A stretch of DNA of 64,000 nucleotides from the NCBI GenBank assembly GCA_963731255.1, contig CAVSUO010000008.1:304090-368089 (forward strand). Reading direction: 5' to 3'. How positions within the stretch are numbered: position 1 is the stretch's first letter; each line of letters begins with the position of its first letter. The position numbers and the translations under genes are program-made. This DNA comes from an uncultured Actinomycetes bacterium. Its GTDB lineage: Bacteria; Actinomycetota; Acidimicrobiia; Acidimicrobiales; AC-9. Of the stretch, positions 29,886 through 40,747 are shown piece after piece. Below the pieces are notes generated by a model that ran no database searches, had not been told where the DNA came from, and saw only the letters and a program-made list of their open reading frames with translations.

Positions 29886-31070
29886 GTGGAGGCCGAGCCG
29901 ACCCCGACCCCGACGGTGCCGGACGACGCTGCGTCCCCGGGCGGCGCGCCGTCACCGGCCTCGGCGACCCCGAGCCCCGTGCTCCCCGCCTACGGCGGCC
30001 CCTGCCTGACCGGCCTCGTGGGCGCGCTGCTCGAACGCCGGAGCGGCGAGCCTCCGACCTGGCTTCCCGAGCCGGTGCGGGACGCGACCCAGGTCGTCCT
30101 GTTGGTCCTGGACGGGTTCGGCTGGGAGCAGCTGCTCGAACGGCCCCATCTGGCTCCGACGATGCGGACCCTTGCGGGAGGACCGATCACGTCGGTGGTT
30201 CCGACGACGACGGCGACGGCCCTCACCTCGATCACGACCGGCCTCACCCCGGCGGAGCACGGTGTCGTCGGCTACCGGGTGCACGTGGGGGAGCAGGAGG
30301 TGATGAACGTCCTGCGGTGGAGGACCGAGACGGGCGACGCCCGGACCAAGGTGCGGCCGCCCGTCTTCCAGCCCTCGCCGGCCTTCGCCGGGAGACGGGT
30401 CCCCGTCGTGACGAGGGCGGAGTTCGTCAGCACCGGTTTCACCGCCGCCCACCTCGCCGGTTCCCCGATCCGGGGCTGGCGCATGCCGTCGACGCTGCCG
30501 GTCGAGGTGGCTCGGTTGCTGACCGAGGGCGAGCCACTCGTGTACGCCTACTACGACGGCATCGACAAGGTGGCCCACGAGTGGGGGCTGGACGCCCACT
30601 ACGAAGCGGAGGTGGCGGCCGCCGATCATCTCGTGGCCGGCGTGCTCGCCGCCCTACCGGCCGGTGCCGCGCTGCTCGTCACGTCCGACCACGGGCAGGT
30701 GGACGTCGGCGACGACACGATCACCCTGTCCCCCGAGATCATGGCCGACGTCACGTTCCTGTCGGGCGAGGGCCGCTTCCGCTGGCTGCACGCCCGGCCC
30801 GGGACAGTGGACAGGCTGGCCGAGCGAGCGTCGGCCGCCTACGGCCACGTTGCCTGGGTGCGCACCAGGGAGCAGGTCCTGGCCGAGGGATGGCTCGGAG
30901 GGATGCCCGTGCCCGAGGTCGAGCAGCGCCTCGGCGACGTCGCCCTGGTCGCGCACGCGCCGGTGGCGTTTCTCGATCCCGCCGACACGGGTGAGGTCAG
31001 CCTCGTCAGCAGGCACGGTTCGCTGACATCGGCCGAGATGCTGGTGCCGCTGCTGGCGCGCCGGGCCTGA
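29886..31070 (+). CDS. Alkaline phosphatase / type I phosphodiesterase (nucleotide pyrophosphatase) family protein
   Basis: VLLVLDGFGWEQL, PTTTATALTSITTGLTPAEHG and TSDHGQ motifs. GTG 29886 follows the divergent Rrf2 start. Confidence 0.75.
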   Translation: MEAEPTPTPTVPDDAASPGGAPSPASATPSPVLPAYGGPCLTGLVGALLERRSGEPPTWLPEPVRDATQVVLLVLDGFGWEQLLERPHLAPTMRTLAGGPITSVVPTTTATALTSITTGLTPAEHGVVGYRVHVGEQEVMNVLRWRTETGDARTKVRPPVFQPSPAFAGRRVPVVTRAEFVSTGFTAAHLAGSPIRGWRMPSTLPVEVARLLTEGEPLVYAYYDGIDKVAHEWGLDAHYEAEVAAADHLVAGVLAALPAGAALLVTSDHGQVDVGDDTITLSPEIMADVTFLSGEGRFRWLHARPGTVDRLAERASAAYGHVAWVRTREQVLAEGWLGGMPVPEVEQRLGDVALVAHAPVAFLDPADTGEVSLVSRHGSLTSAEMLVPLLARRA

Positions 31071-31089
31071 TCCGGACTAAGGATCGAAG

Positions 31090-31614
31090 ATGGCTCCTGA
31101 CAGACCGGAAGCTCCTCCGAACGTCGTCGTCGTCCCCCCGGGCGCGGTCGGCAGCCGCCCGAGCGCCGAGGCCGACGAGGCGCCTGCCGGGGGCGGCGCC
31201 GTCGAGCCCACCGAGACGGTGGCCCAGCCGGCGAGAGTCATGCGCATCGGGTCCATGATCCGCCAGCTGCTCGAGGAGGTCCGCCAGGCTCCGCTGGACG
31301 AGAAGAGCCGGACCCGGCTGCGAGAGATCTACGACACGTCGGTGCACGAGCTGAGCGACGGGCTCTCGCCCGACCTGGCCGCCGAGCTCGGCCGGCTCTC
31401 GTCTCCCTTCGATGCGGCGACGCCGAGCGAGGGCGAGCTCAGGGTCGCCCAGGCCCAGCTTGTCGGCTGGCTCGAGGGACTGTTCCAGGGCATCCAGGCG
31501 ACCCTCTTCGCGCAGCAGATGAACGCCCGATCGCAGCTCGAGGAGATGCGGCGGCGCCAGCTACCGCCGGGTGCCGAGGACTCGCCCTCCTCCCGTCCCG
31601 GCACCTATCTCTGA
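31090..31614 (+). CDS. bpa: Bacterial proteasome activator Bpa (PafE) family protein
   Basis: 174 aa with MRIGSMIRQLLEEVRQAPLDE and AQAQLVGWLEGLFQGIQ. The C-terminal GTYL matches the GQYL/HbYX-type tail known for Mycobacterium Bpa. Confidence 0.75.
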   Translation: MAPDRPEAPPNVVVVPPGAVGSRPSAEADEAPAGGGAVEPTETVAQPARVMRIGSMIRQLLEEVRQAPLDEKSRTRLREIYDTSVHELSDGLSPDLAAELGRLSSPFDAATPSEGELRVAQAQLVGWLEGLFQGIQATLFAQQMNARSQLEEMRRRQLPPGAEDSPSSRPGTYL

Positions 31615-31643
31615 GTTGACAGAGCTGGCGCGCCGAGGCCGGT

Positions 31644-31711
31644 GAGGGAGCGGCACGCTCGGCTGGCTCCCATTCTGACGAAATGGGCGCCAGCCGAGGC
31701 ACCGCTCCCTC
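31644..31711. other. Long compound hairpin (10 + 10 + 6 bp) downstream of bpa
   Basis: GAGGGAGCGG..CTCGGCTGGC pairs with GCCAGCCGAG..CCGCTCCCTC, with an inner CCCATT/AATGGG stem and the loop ctgacga. Confidence 0.6.
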
Positions 31712-31771
31712 TGGCCCCGCCGACGAGGTGATGCTCCGGCAGGAGCAGGTCGAGTGCACAGGGTGAGCTGG

Positions 31772-31816
31772 TCGGCGCATCGGCCCGGATTTCGAAGAAC
31801 CGGGACGATGCGCCGA
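31772..31816. other. Second strong hairpin in the bpa-dnaE spacer
   Basis: TCGGCGCATCG-G-CCCGG / CCGGG-A-CGATGCGCCGA with the AT-rich loop atttcgaagaa. Confidence 0.6.
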
Positions 31817-31965
31817 GCCGGCTCGCCCACAAAGGTCGAGAGCCACGAGCAGCTGCGGCCCTATCTGGGCGGCGGAGCCGGTGGTGCTGAGGTAGGGTGA
31901 ATGACAGCGGTGTAACTCGTCCACAGGGCTGTGGACAACGGGGCTCGAGGAGAGGAGGGCGGCGC

Positions 31966-34900
31966 GTGGCCGGCGGAGCTGGAGGCGACTCGTTCGCCCA
32001 CCTTCACGTCCACACCGAGTTCTCCATGCTGGACGGGGCCGCCCGGGTCAAGGACCTGGTGGCGGCGGCGGCGGCCGACGGGCAGCCGGCCCTCGCCATC
32101 ACGGACCACGGCAACATGTACGGCGTCCTGGACTTCTACAAGGAGTGTCAGGCCCAGGGCATCGTGCCCATCGTCGGGATCGAGGCCTACATGGCCGCCG
32201 CCAGCCGCCACGAGCGACCGGTGCGGCGCGGCAGGGTCGACGACACCGGCGGCGACGTCGACGGCGGCGAGAAGCTCTACTACCACCTCACGCTCCTCGC
32301 CGAGTCCACCGTGGGCTACCGCAACCTCATGCAGCTCTCGAGCGCGGCCTACCTGGAGGGCTACTACTACCAACCCCGGCTCGACTGGGAGCTGCTCGAG
32401 CGCCACCACGAGGGCGTCATCGCCACGACGGGTTGCCTCGGCGGGCTCGTCCTCCAGACCCTGCAGCGGGGCGATGTCGCCGGGGCCACAGCGCTGACGG
32501 GGCGGCTCCAGGACATATTCGGTCGGGAGCATCTCTTCGTCGAGCTCCAGGACCACGGCCTCGAGCTGCAGCGCAAGACCAACGCCAGCCTCATCGACAT
32601 CGCCCGTCAGCTGGGGGCACCGCTGCTCGCCACCAACGACAGCCACTACACCCACCGCACCGACGCCATGGCCCACGACGCGCTCCTGTGTGTCCAGACC
32701 GGGGCCCTGCGAGACGACCCGAAGCGGTTCAGGTTCGAGGGAGAGGAGCACTACCTCAAGTCGGCGACGGAGATGCGGACGCTGTTCCGCGATTGGCCCG
32801 ACGCGTGCAACAACACCCTCTGGGTGGCCGAGCGCGCCGCGGTCGACATCGAGTTCGGCAAGCCCAAGCTGCCCGAGTTCCCCGTGCCGGAGGAGTTCGC
32901 GGCCGGCGGCGGCGAGACCGCAGCCGCGGCCTACCTCCGCCACCTGAGCATGGTGGGAGCAGAGGAGCGGTACGGCCGGCCCGTTCCGACGGCGGTGGTC
33001 GAGCGGCTCGACTACGAGCTCGGTGTCATCGCCGAGATGGGCTTCTCGGCCTACTTCCTCGTGGTGTGGGACCTCATCCGCCACGCCCGAACATCCGGCA
33101 TCCGGGTCGGGCCCGGCAGGGGTTCGGCCGCCGGCTGCTGTGTCGCCTACTGCCTGCGGATCGTCGATCTGGATCCCATCCACCACGACCTGCTCTTCGA
33201 GCGCTTCCTCAACCCCGGCCGCCGGGAGATGCCCGACATCGACATGGACTTCGACGAACGGGGTCGAGGGGAGATGATCCGCTACGCAGCCGAGCGCTAC
33301 GGGTGGGACCGCGTCGCCCAGATCGTGACGTTCTCGACCATCAAGGCTCGGGCGGCGGTGCGCGACGCCGCCCGCGTGCTCGGCTACCCCTACGCGGTGG
33401 GGGACCGCATCGCCAAGGCCATGCCGCCCCTCGTGATGGGCCGCGACACCCCGCTGGGCGCCTGCCTCGAGCGTCGCGAGGGCCAGGAGGACGGCTTCAA
33501 GATGGCGACCGGTCTCCGGGAGATGTACGAGAGCGATCCCGAGGCCCGGCAGGTGATCGACGTGGCCAAGGGCTTGGAGGGATTGCGGCGCCAGGCCGGT
33601 ATCCACGCCGCCGCCGTGGTCATCACGCGCGACCCCCTCACCGAGCACCTCCCGATCCAGCGGAAGCCCGATCCCTCGACAGCCGCCGAGGACGCGCCCA
33701 TCGTCACGCAGTACGAGATGCACGGTGTCGAGGAGCTGGGCCTGCTCAAGATGGACTTCCTCGGCCTGCGCAACCTGAGCGTCATCGAGCGGGCGCTCGA
33801 TCTCATCGAGCGCTCACGGGGCGAGCGACCCGACATCGACGCCCTGCCACCCGACGACGAGGCCACCTTCGCCATGCTCCGAGAAGGACGGTCGGTGGGG
33901 GTCTTCCAGCTGGAGGGCGCGCCCATGCGGGCGCTCATGCGATCGCTCGCTCCCAGCCGTTTCGAGGATGTCGCCGCGCTCGTGGCCCTCTACCGGCCGG
34001 GTCCCATGGCGGCGAACATGCACAACGACTACGCCGACCGGAAGTGCGGCCGCAAACCGATCACCTACCTCCACCCCGACCTCGAGGACATCCTGGCGGA
34101 CACCTACGGGCTCATGATCTACCAGGAGTCGATGATCCGCGTGGCCCAGCGCTTCGCCGGCTACAGCCTGGCCGAGGCCGACCGGCTCCGGAAGGCCTGC
34201 GGCAAGAAGATCCGGTCGCTCATCGCGGCTGAGCGGGAGCAGTTCGTGGCGGGCTGCGAGCGGACGGGCTACGGCGCCGCCCTCGGCACGTCGCTGTTCG
34301 ACCTCATCGAGCCGTTCGCCGACTACGCCTTCAACAAGAGCCATTCCTACGGCTACGGCCTGGTGGCCTACCAGACGGCCTGGCTCAAGGCCAACTATCC
34401 CGTGGAGTACATGGCCGCCCTTCTCACGAGCGTGAAGGACGACAAGGACCGCACCGCCGTATATCTCGGCGAGTGCCGGGCCCGTCACATCCAGGTGCTG
34501 GTACCAGATGTCAACGTCTCTGCGTCGGACTTCACCGCCCAGACGACGTCCAAGGACGGCTCGGGAGCCATCCCGTTCGGGCTCTCGGCCATCCGCAACG
34601 TCGGCGAGGGTCTCGTCGCTCAGGTCGTGGCCGAGCGGGAGCGCGGCGGCCCGTTCCGTGACTTCTACGACTTCTGCGACCGCGTGGACCCGACCGTGCT
34701 CAACAAGCGGACCGTGGAGTCGCTCATCAAGGCGGGCGCGTTCGACTCGATGGGTCATCCGCGCAAGGGCTTGTGCCTCGTCTTCGAGCAGGTGGTCGAC
34801 CGCACCCTCGCTCGGCGTCGAGAGGCCGAGCTGGGCATCATGAGCCTGTTCGCCGGGCTCGACGGAGGCGGGACCGGTGCGAACGGCAACGGCACGAGCG

Positions 34901-35601
34901 GCGAGACCGGGACGACGATCGGCTTCGACGACTCGAGGGTGCCGATCCCCGACGTCGAGTTCGACAAGGCGCAGCGTCTGTCGTTCGAGAAGGAGATGCT
35001 CGGTCTGTACGTGAGCGATCATCCGCTCATGGGCATGGAGACGGCCCTGGCCAAGCACGCCGACTGTACGATCACCGCGCTGCGGGAGATGGCACCGGCC
35101 GCGGCCAACGGCAACCGCGACACCGAGGTTCGGGTGATCGGGGGTGTCGTCACCAACCTGGTGCGCAAGTACACCAAGAGTGGCGATCAGATGGCCACCT
35201 TCGTCCTCGAGGACCTCGAGGCCTCGATCGAGACCTTCGTCTTCCCGAGCGCCATGCGCCAGTTCGGGGCCCTGCTCGAGGAAGACGTGGCCGTCTGTGT
35301 CCGGGGTCGGATCGACACTCGCGACGACCAGCCCAAGCTGGTGTGCATGGGCCTCACCCGTCCCCAGCTCGTCGCCGACGACGGACCTCCATTGCGGATC
35401 TGCCTCCCGCTGGCCAGTCTCACCGATCCGTTGCTACAGGGCCTCAAGCAGCTGTTCGTCGACCACCCCGGCCCGTCGCCGGTGTACCTGCACGTCGGCG
35501 CCAAGGTGCTTCGCCTGCCGGACGAGCTCAACGTGGATGCTCGGTCCGGCGTGGTCGCCGAGGTGCGGGTCCTGCTCGGCCCCAACGCCGTCGTCAGCTG
35601 A
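31966..35601 (+). CDS. dnaE: DNA polymerase III alpha subunit
   Basis: Intact ORF. The PHP domain begins FAHLHVHTEFSMLDG. GTG 31966 lies 7 nt after GGAGAGGAGGG (the ORF track start at 31897 is probably too early). Confidence 0.95.
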   Translation: MAGGAGGDSFAHLHVHTEFSMLDGAARVKDLVAAAAADGQPALAITDHGNMYGVLDFYKECQAQGIVPIVGIEAYMAAASRHERPVRRGRVDDTGGDVDGGEKLYYHLTLLAESTVGYRNLMQLSSAAYLEGYYYQPRLDWELLERHHEGVIATTGCLGGLVLQTLQRGDVAGATALTGRLQDIFGREHLFVELQDHGLELQRKTNASLIDIARQLGAPLLATNDSHYTHRTDAMAHDALLCVQTGALRDDPKRFRFEGEEHYLKSATEMRTLFRDWPDACNNTLWVAERAAVDIEFGKPKLPEFPVPEEFAAGGGETAAAAYLRHLSMVGAEERYGRPVPTAVVERLDYELGVIAEMGFSAYFLVVWDLIRHARTSGIRVGPGRGSAAGCCVAYCLRIVDLDPIHHDLLFERFLNPGRREMPDIDMDFDERGRGEMIRYAAERYGWDRVAQIVTFSTIKARAAVRDAARVLGYPYAVGDRIAKAMPPLVMGRDTPLGACLERREGQEDGFKMATGLREMYESDPEARQVIDVAKGLEGLRRQAGIHAAAVVITRDPLTEHLPIQRKPDPSTAAEDAPIVTQYEMHGVEELGLLKMDFLGLRNLSVIERALDLIERSRGERPDIDALPPDDEATFAMLREGRSVGVFQLEGAPMRALMRSLAPSRFEDVAALVALYRPGPMAANMHNDYADRKCGRKPITYLHPDLEDILADTYGLMIYQESMIRVAQRFAGYSLAEADRLRKACGKKIRSLIAAEREQFVAGCERTGYGAALGTSLFDLIEPFADYAFNKSHSYGYGLVAYQTAWLKANYPVEYMAALLTSVKDDKDRTAVYLGECRARHIQVLVPDVNVSASDFTAQTTSKDGSGAIPFGLSAIRNVGEGLVAQVVAERERGGPFRDFYDFCDRVDPTVLNKRTVESLIKAGAFDSMGHPRKGLCLVFEQVVDRTLARRREAELGIMSLFAGLDGGGTGANGNGTSGETGTTIGFDDSRVPIPDVEFDKAQRLSFEKEMLGLYVSDHPLMGMETALAKHADCTITALREMAPAAANGNRDTEVRVIGGVVTNLVRKYTKSGDQMATFVLEDLEASIETFVFPSAMRQFGALLEEDVAVCVRGRIDTRDDQPKLVCMGLTRPQLVADDGPPLRICLPLASLTDPLLQGLKQLFVDHPGPSPVYLHVGAKVLRLPDELNVDARSGVVAEVRVLLGPNAVVS

Positions 35602-35738
35602 GCGGCGTTGCGCCGGGCCACCCGCCGGCCGCGAGCCCCCGATCGGGCGGGCCCCGCATGGGACAGATCCCGGCGCCATCCCGTAATCTGGAGGGGAACA
35701 AGCCAGGCACCAGGTCGAACGGGAGTACTCAAGAGGTC

Positions 35739-36407
35739 ATGTCCATCGAGGTCGACACCAAGGACTGCACGGCGCTGAGCGACGCCGAGTTGGCCGACAT
35801 GGCCGACATCTGCACCGACGGCTCGGCGGGCTTCGACGTCGGGTTCCTCTCCAAGCAGCGCGACGAGTGGGTGCTCGTCACCCAGGCCCGCGAGGGCGGA
35901 AGGCTCGCCGGGTTCTCGTTCTGCACGCTCGAGCGCATCGGCGGGACACCCTCGCTGCTCGTCGGTCTCGCCTCGGTGAAGCCGACGTCCAAGCGGGAGC
36001 AGGTTGTTCGGGCGCTCATGAACGACCAGTACCGCCGGGCCCTGCTCGCGTTCCCCGACGAGGACGTGCTCGTGGGTACGCGCATGGCTGACCCTGGCGC
36101 CTTCGACGCCTTCAAGGGGCTCTCCGACGTCGTTCCCCGGCCTGAGCACCGACCCACGGGGGAAGAGCGGGCGTGGGGCCGTCGACTGGCGAAGCGCTTC
36201 GGGGCCGACGGGCGCCTCAACGACCGGTCCTTCGTGCTGGGTGGTACGGGATCGCCCGCCGGGGTGCTCGAGTACCGCAGCCTCAAGTCGGGCCCCGCCG
36301 ACGTCGCCGCCTTCTTCAAGCCGTTGACCCAGAAGCGCTTCGACTGCCTCGTCGCCTTCGGATGGGCCATGGCCGAGGACCTGGCCGAGGGCCGGTTGGG
36401 CCGGTGA
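35739..36407 (+). CDS. Hypothetical protein (222 aa)
   Basis: Intact ORF with AAGAGG before ATG 35739. No motif I can assign. Confidence 0.5.
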   Translation: MSIEVDTKDCTALSDAELADMADICTDGSAGFDVGFLSKQRDEWVLVTQAREGGRLAGFSFCTLERIGGTPSLLVGLASVKPTSKREQVVRALMNDQYRRALLAFPDEDVLVGTRMADPGAFDAFKGLSDVVPRPEHRPTGEERAWGRRLAKRFGADGRLNDRSFVLGGTGSPAGVLEYRSLKSGPADVAAFFKPLTQKRFDCLVAFGWAMAEDLAEGRLGR

Positions 36408-36446
36408 GCCGGCCCGCCTCGCCGTAGTTCGCCACCGGGGGGGATC

Positions 36447-37391
36447 GTGAAGCTCGGGGTGGTCTTGGGCGCCGGTGGGGTGGTTGGCCTCGCGTACCAC
36501 GCCGGCGTGCTCCGCGCCCTCGAGGAGGAGGGTGGGGTGCGGCTGGCATCAGCCGACCTGGTCGTCGGCACCAGTGCTGGAGCGGCCATCGCCGCCTACC
36601 TCCGTAGCGGCTGGTCGACGGCTGACTTCTGGAACGAGGCGCTGGACAGTGCGACCGAGCAGCGGGACGGATGGAGGGGAATCCTCGCCCCCAACTTCGC
36701 CTCACCCGTCGAGTTCGTACAGCGCGGTCTCGGATCGGCCTACGTCCTGAGCCGGTCGGTGCTCCGGGTCCCGATCCCGGCGGTGCCGGGGGTGCTCCGA
36801 CGGGTCTTCCCGGGCGGGCTGTTCGCCATGGCCGAGGGGAGCGAGCGCCTCGATGCCGAGCTGCCGGCAGCCTGGCCGGCCGCGCCACTGTGGCTGTGCG
36901 CCGTCGACATCCACAGCGGTCGGCGGGTCGTCCTCGGCCGCGACGACGACGTTCGCATCGACCTGCCCCGCGCCGTTCAGGCCTCGTGCGCCATCCCGGG
37001 GATCTTCGCGCCCGTGCGCGTCGGTGACCACGTGCTCGTCGACGGCGGCGCCCACTCGACGACCAACCTCGACCTGGCCGGGCGCGCCGGCTGCGACCTG
37101 ATCATCGGCGTGGCGCCACTTGCGTACGACCCCGCGGGACCCCCGGGGCCGTTGATCCAGCTGGCCCGCAGGGTGCCCGCCCGGGCCCTGGCCCAGGAGG
37201 CTGGCGCAGCGCGGCGCCGAGGCGCCCAGGTTCTGCTCCTGCGCCCGTCGGCGGACGAGGTGCGGGCCCACGGCATCAACCTCATGCGCGGTGCCGGCCT
37301 CGACCGGACAGCCCGCGACGCCTACGAGGCGACGGCGCGCACGATCGCCACCGACCGCTTCCGCCGGGCGCTGTCGGATCTGGCCGCCTGA
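36447..37391 (+). CDS. Patatin-like phospholipase family protein
   Basis: Has GAGGVVG (oxyanion GxGxxG), GTSAG (GxSxG nucleophile) and VDGG (the Asp of the catalytic dyad). Confidence 0.85.
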   Translation: MKLGVVLGAGGVVGLAYHAGVLRALEEEGGVRLASADLVVGTSAGAAIAAYLRSGWSTADFWNEALDSATEQRDGWRGILAPNFASPVEFVQRGLGSAYVLSRSVLRVPIPAVPGVLRRVFPGGLFAMAEGSERLDAELPAAWPAAPLWLCAVDIHSGRRVVLGRDDDVRIDLPRAVQASCAIPGIFAPVRVGDHVLVDGGAHSTTNLDLAGRAGCDLIIGVAPLAYDPAGPPGPLIQLARRVPARALAQEAGAARRRGAQVLLLRPSADEVRAHGINLMRGAGLDRTARDAYEATARTIATDRFRRALSDLAA

Positions 37392-37405
37392 GCGCGACGG
37401 CCCGC

Positions 37406-38074
37406 CTACTGCCGGGGGAGCACGGCCGCCAGCGTCTTGTAGCAGTGACCGTTGCGCGGCGGGGCGAGCGCGACCAGCAGGTAGTGCGGGCGGTGGCCGA
37501 GCGCCCGGGCGAGCGCCCGCCCGCCGAGGCGAGTCCGGTCGCTGCCCGCCAGGGCCGCTGACAAGCGGGCGTCGTCGACGGGCATGTGGTACTGGTTGCC
37601 TGCCCAGTGGAACCGGGCCCACAGGGTGCCGTCGGTCTCGCGCCTGGCGACCGACAGGCCGTCGCTCGGGGTGACGAGGGCGAGCGAGGGACGGGTGCCG
37701 TTCAGGGTCCAGTAGGGCGTGGCCGAGGCGGGGAAGCCGAGCAGCGGCTCACCGTCCGGTGCCACGAGGGCCCGCAGGTAGCGCTTCACCCGCCCGCGCC
37801 TGACGCGGCGGGCCGGCCGGGCCGGCCCGGCCATGGTGACCGCTTCGGGCTGCGACAGGTCGCTGGCATGTTCGTTGGTCGCCAGCTCGACCTTGATCAC
37901 GTCGAGGATGTGGCGCGGGCCGCTACCGGTGTCAGTGGCGCCGTGGGCCCGTACGAACGCCCCCGAGTCGATGTCGACCGCCAGGTACTCGTCCTGGCGC
38001 TCGGCCAGGACCAGGAGCCGGAGCTCCGCGCCGGCGAGGTCGAGCCGGGGCGAGGAGAGACCGGTACGACTCAC
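37406..38074 (-). CDS. Conserved hypothetical protein (222 aa), co-oriented downstream of the DUF255 gene
   Basis: The 3' part of ORF 37406..39235 from GTG 38074. The upstream part of that ORF is out-of-frame overlap with the neighbouring gene. Confidence 0.5.
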   Translation of the reverse strand: MSRTGLSSPRLDLAGAELRLLVLAERQDEYLAVDIDSGAFVRAHGATDTGSGPRHILDVIKVELATNEHASDLSQPEAVTMAGPARPARRVRRGRVKRYLRALVAPDGEPLLGFPASATPYWTLNGTRPSLALVTPSDGLSVARRETDGTLWARFHWAGNQYHMPVDDARLSAALAGSDRTRLGGRALARALGHRPHYLLVALAPPRNGHCYKTLAAVLPRQ

Positions 38075-38121
38075 GCCCCCATCATGCCTTCCCCTGCCGC
38101 GTGTCTTGTCGGATGGACGGG

Positions 38122-40116
38122 TCATCGGGTGGTCAGCTGGGCCTCCAGGTCCTCGACCCTCGACGTGGGCGCCAGGCACGCGTAGTCGCGACAGACGTAG
38201 GCCATGCCATCGTCCCGACCGTCCCACAGCGGCGACGGGTACGGCTCCCCCCAGGCCAGGACGGCACGGGGCAGATAGCGGCGGTGCGCCGCCTCGACCA
38301 GGTCGGGGCGGTCGCCGGTGACCGCGACCTCGGTCAGTCCGTCGGCCAGCAGGTCCACGGCGCCGAGGGCGTGGGTGAAGGCGGTGGGCTGAGCGGCCAT
38401 GACCTCTCCCAGCGTGGCGAGGATGGCCATGGCGCAGTCGGTGTAGCCCTCCTCGCCGGTCAGCGCTCCCAGTCGGGCCAGGGCCGTGGCCCCAACCGAG
38501 CTGGCGGACGGCGTGGCCCCGTCGAACAGCTCCTTCGACCGGACGATGAGCCGTTCGGCGTCCTCCCCCGTGGTGAACAGCCCGCCGTCGGTCACGTCCC
38601 AGAACAGCATGAGCATGGCCTTGGCCGTGCCTCGCGCCGCCTCGATCCACCGGGCCTGGCCCGTGAGCTCCGACAGCCGGGTGAACGCGTCGACCAGCCA
38701 CGCGTAGTCGGCGGCCACCGCCAGGTGGCCGGCCTTGCCGCCCTGCCACGAGCGCAGCCACCGCCCGTCGCTTCGGCGCAGGGATCGCAACAGGAACTCG
38801 GCGACCGACACGGCCTCGTCCCGCCAGTCGGACCGACCGGTGGCCGCTGCCGCCTCGGCCAGCGTCGAGCAGAACATGGCGTTCCATTCGGTCAGCACCT
38901 TGTCGTCGAGCCCGGGCCGGACGCGCCGGGCTCGATGCTCGAAGAGGAGGCGTCGGGCTCGCTCGACCGCAGCGGGCCGCAACAGGTCGCCCCGCTCGGG
39001 CCGGTGGAGGATGTTCGAGCCCTCGAAGTTCCCCGCCGCCGTGATGCCGTACCAGTCGATGGCTGCCGGTGCGAGCTCGGGGCCGAGGACCTCCGTCACC
39101 TCGTCCACGGTCCAGACGTAGAAGCGACCCTCGACACCCTCGGAGTCGGCGTCCTCGGCCGAGTACAGGCCGCCCCCGGGTGCGCGCAGGTCGCGCAGCA
39201 CGTACGCCACCGTCTCCTCGAGCACCTGCCGCCACTGGGGCGACCCTGTCACCTGCCAGCCGTGGAGGTAGACGCGGGCCAACCCGGCCTGGTCATAGAG
39301 CATCTTCTCGAAATGCGGGACCATCCAGCGGCCGTCGACCGAGTACCGGGCGAACCCACCTCCGAGGTGGTCGTAGATGCCGCCGGAGGCCATGGCGTCG
39401 AGCGTGGTCGACACCATCGTGAGCGCGGCGTCGCCTCCCGTCCGGTCGTGGGCCCGGAGCGCCAGCTCGAGCATCGAGGGCTGGGGGAACTTGGGGGCCG
39501 CTCCGAACCCTCCCCAGGCGGGGTCGTACGCCGCCTGCAGCGCGGCGAAGCCGCCCTGCAGGAGCTCGGCGGGATCCGCCACCGGTCGCCCGTCCGCTGC
39601 TTCGGTCGAGGGGATCTGCACCCTGGCCTCGACTGCCCCGACCAGTTGCTCGGCCTGGCCGATGACCTCGTCGCGCCGCTCACGCCAGGCCGCGTCGATG
39701 GCCTGCAGCACCGTCGTGAAGCTGGGCATCCCGCCCCGGTCACCCTTGGGGAAGTAGGTGCCTCCGTAGAAGGGTCGTCGGTCGGGGGTGAGGAAGACCG
39801 TCATCGGCCACCCACCCCGTCCGGTGATGGCCTGCACGGCTTCCATGTACACGGCGTCGACGTCCGGCCGCTCCTCCCGGTCGACCTTCACGCTCACGAA
39901 CCGCTCGTTCAGCAGGGCGGCCGTGCGTTCGTCCTCGAACGACTCGTGCGCCATCACGTGGCACCAGTGACACGAGGAGTACCCGACGGAGAGCATGACC
40001 GGCCGGTCCTCGACGAGCGCCCGGGCAAAAGCCTCGTCGCCCCACGGGTACCAGTCGACGGGGTTGTCCCGGTGCTGGCGGAGGTAGGGGCTCGTCTCGG
40101 CAGCCAGACGGTTCAT
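38122..40116 (-). CDS. Thioredoxin-domain (DUF255, YyaL-like) protein with a C-terminal alpha/alpha-toroid region
   Basis: [22 protein letters not shown] and [18 protein letters not shown]. Intact at 664 aa. Confidence 0.85.
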   Translation of the reverse strand: MNRLAAETSPYLRQHRDNPVDWYPWGDEAFARALVEDRPVMLSVGYSSCHWCHVMAHESFEDERTAALLNERFVSVKVDREERPDVDAVYMEAVQAITGRGGWPMTVFLTPDRRPFYGGTYFPKGDRGGMPSFTTVLQAIDAAWRERRDEVIGQAEQLVGAVEARVQIPSTEAADGRPVADPAELLQGGFAALQAAYDPAWGGFGAAPKFPQPSMLELALRAHDRTGGDAALTMVSTTLDAMASGGIYDHLGGGFARYSVDGRWMVPHFEKMLYDQAGLARVYLHGWQVTGSPQWRQVLEETVAYVLRDLRAPGGGLYSAEDADSEGVEGRFYVWTVDEVTEVLGPELAPAAIDWYGITAAGNFEGSNILHRPERGDLLRPAAVERARRLLFEHRARRVRPGLDDKVLTEWNAMFCSTLAEAAAATGRSDWRDEAVSVAEFLLRSLRRSDGRWLRSWQGGKAGHLAVAADYAWLVDAFTRLSELTGQARWIEAARGTAKAMLMLFWDVTDGGLFTTGEDAERLIVRSKELFDGATPSASSVGATALARLGALTGEEGYTDCAMAILATLGEVMAAQPTAFTHALGAVDLLADGLTEVAVTGDRPDLVEAAHRRYLPRAVLAWGEPYPSPLWDGRDDGMAYVCRDYACLAPTSRVEDLEAQLTTR

Positions 40117-40126
40117 GTGCCCGAGC

Positions 40127-40747
40127 CTACGGGCCGGCCGATGGACGCCGGCCCGTGAGCCCGGCGATGACGGCGTCGATCACCGTCTCGACCAGTGACC
40201 GCTCCAGCTCGGGATCGAACTCGGGCCCGGCGAGGATCACGGTGGCGACACCGTGGGTGGCGGTCCAGATGGCCAGGGCGGCCAGGTGGGGGTCGACCCT
40301 GCCGAGCAGCCCCGCACGGGCCAGCTCGAAGACCGGAGCGGCGCCGACCTGAAAGGCCTCGGTCGCCATCGTGGCCATGGCCTGGGCGTCCTGGGGCTCG
40401 GCCGTCAGCTCGGGCCGAACCATGAAGATGGCCTTGAACAGCGCCGGGTTCTCTTTCGCGTAGTCCACGTAGGCCAGGCTGCGGGCTCGGATGAGGGTCA
40501 GGGGATCCGTCGCCGGGATGGACCGGATGCGCTCGATCACCCGCCGGCCCTCCTGGTCGGCCACGCCCTGGAGCAGGTCGCGCTTGTCGGTGACGTGGGC
40601 GTAGAGGGCGGGAGCCGTCACTCCGAGGGCGCCGGCGACCCGGCGCAGGGACACGGCATCGATCCCCTCGGCCGCCAGCAGGTCGCGCGCCGCATCGATG
40701 ATCGCCTGGCGGGAGAGCCGAGCACCCATGCTCCAGGGTCGCGCCAT
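40127..40747 (-). CDS. TetR/AcrR family transcriptional regulator
   Basis: [44 protein letters not shown]. Start at ATG 40747 (or 40729). Confidence 0.85.
   Translation of the reverse strand: MARPWSMGARLSRQAIIDAARDLLAAEGIDAVSLRRVAGALGVTAPALYAHVTDKRDLLQGVADQEGRRVIERIRSIPATDPLTLIRARSLAYVDYAKENPALFKAIFMVRPELTAEPQDAQAMATMATEAFQVGAAPVFELARAGLLGRVDPHLAALAIWTATHGVATVILAGPEFDPELERSLVETVIDAVIAGLTGRRPSAGP

Noticed and set aside
29886-31070. The alkaline-phosphatase-fold protein considered as a PglZ/BREX component.
   Set aside because: At 394 aa it is far shorter than PglZ proteins. Its motifs fit the type I phosphodiesterase / nucleotide pyrophosphatase family. No methyltransferase, ATPase or other BREX/Pgl genes are nearby.
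35739-37391. The patatin-like phospholipase plus adjacent unknown gene considered as a CBASS-like or other anti-phage effector pair.
   Set aside because: There is no cyclase, nucleotidyltransferase, sensor, NTPase or other defence-associated partner. The genes sit between dnaE and housekeeping genes with native composition.
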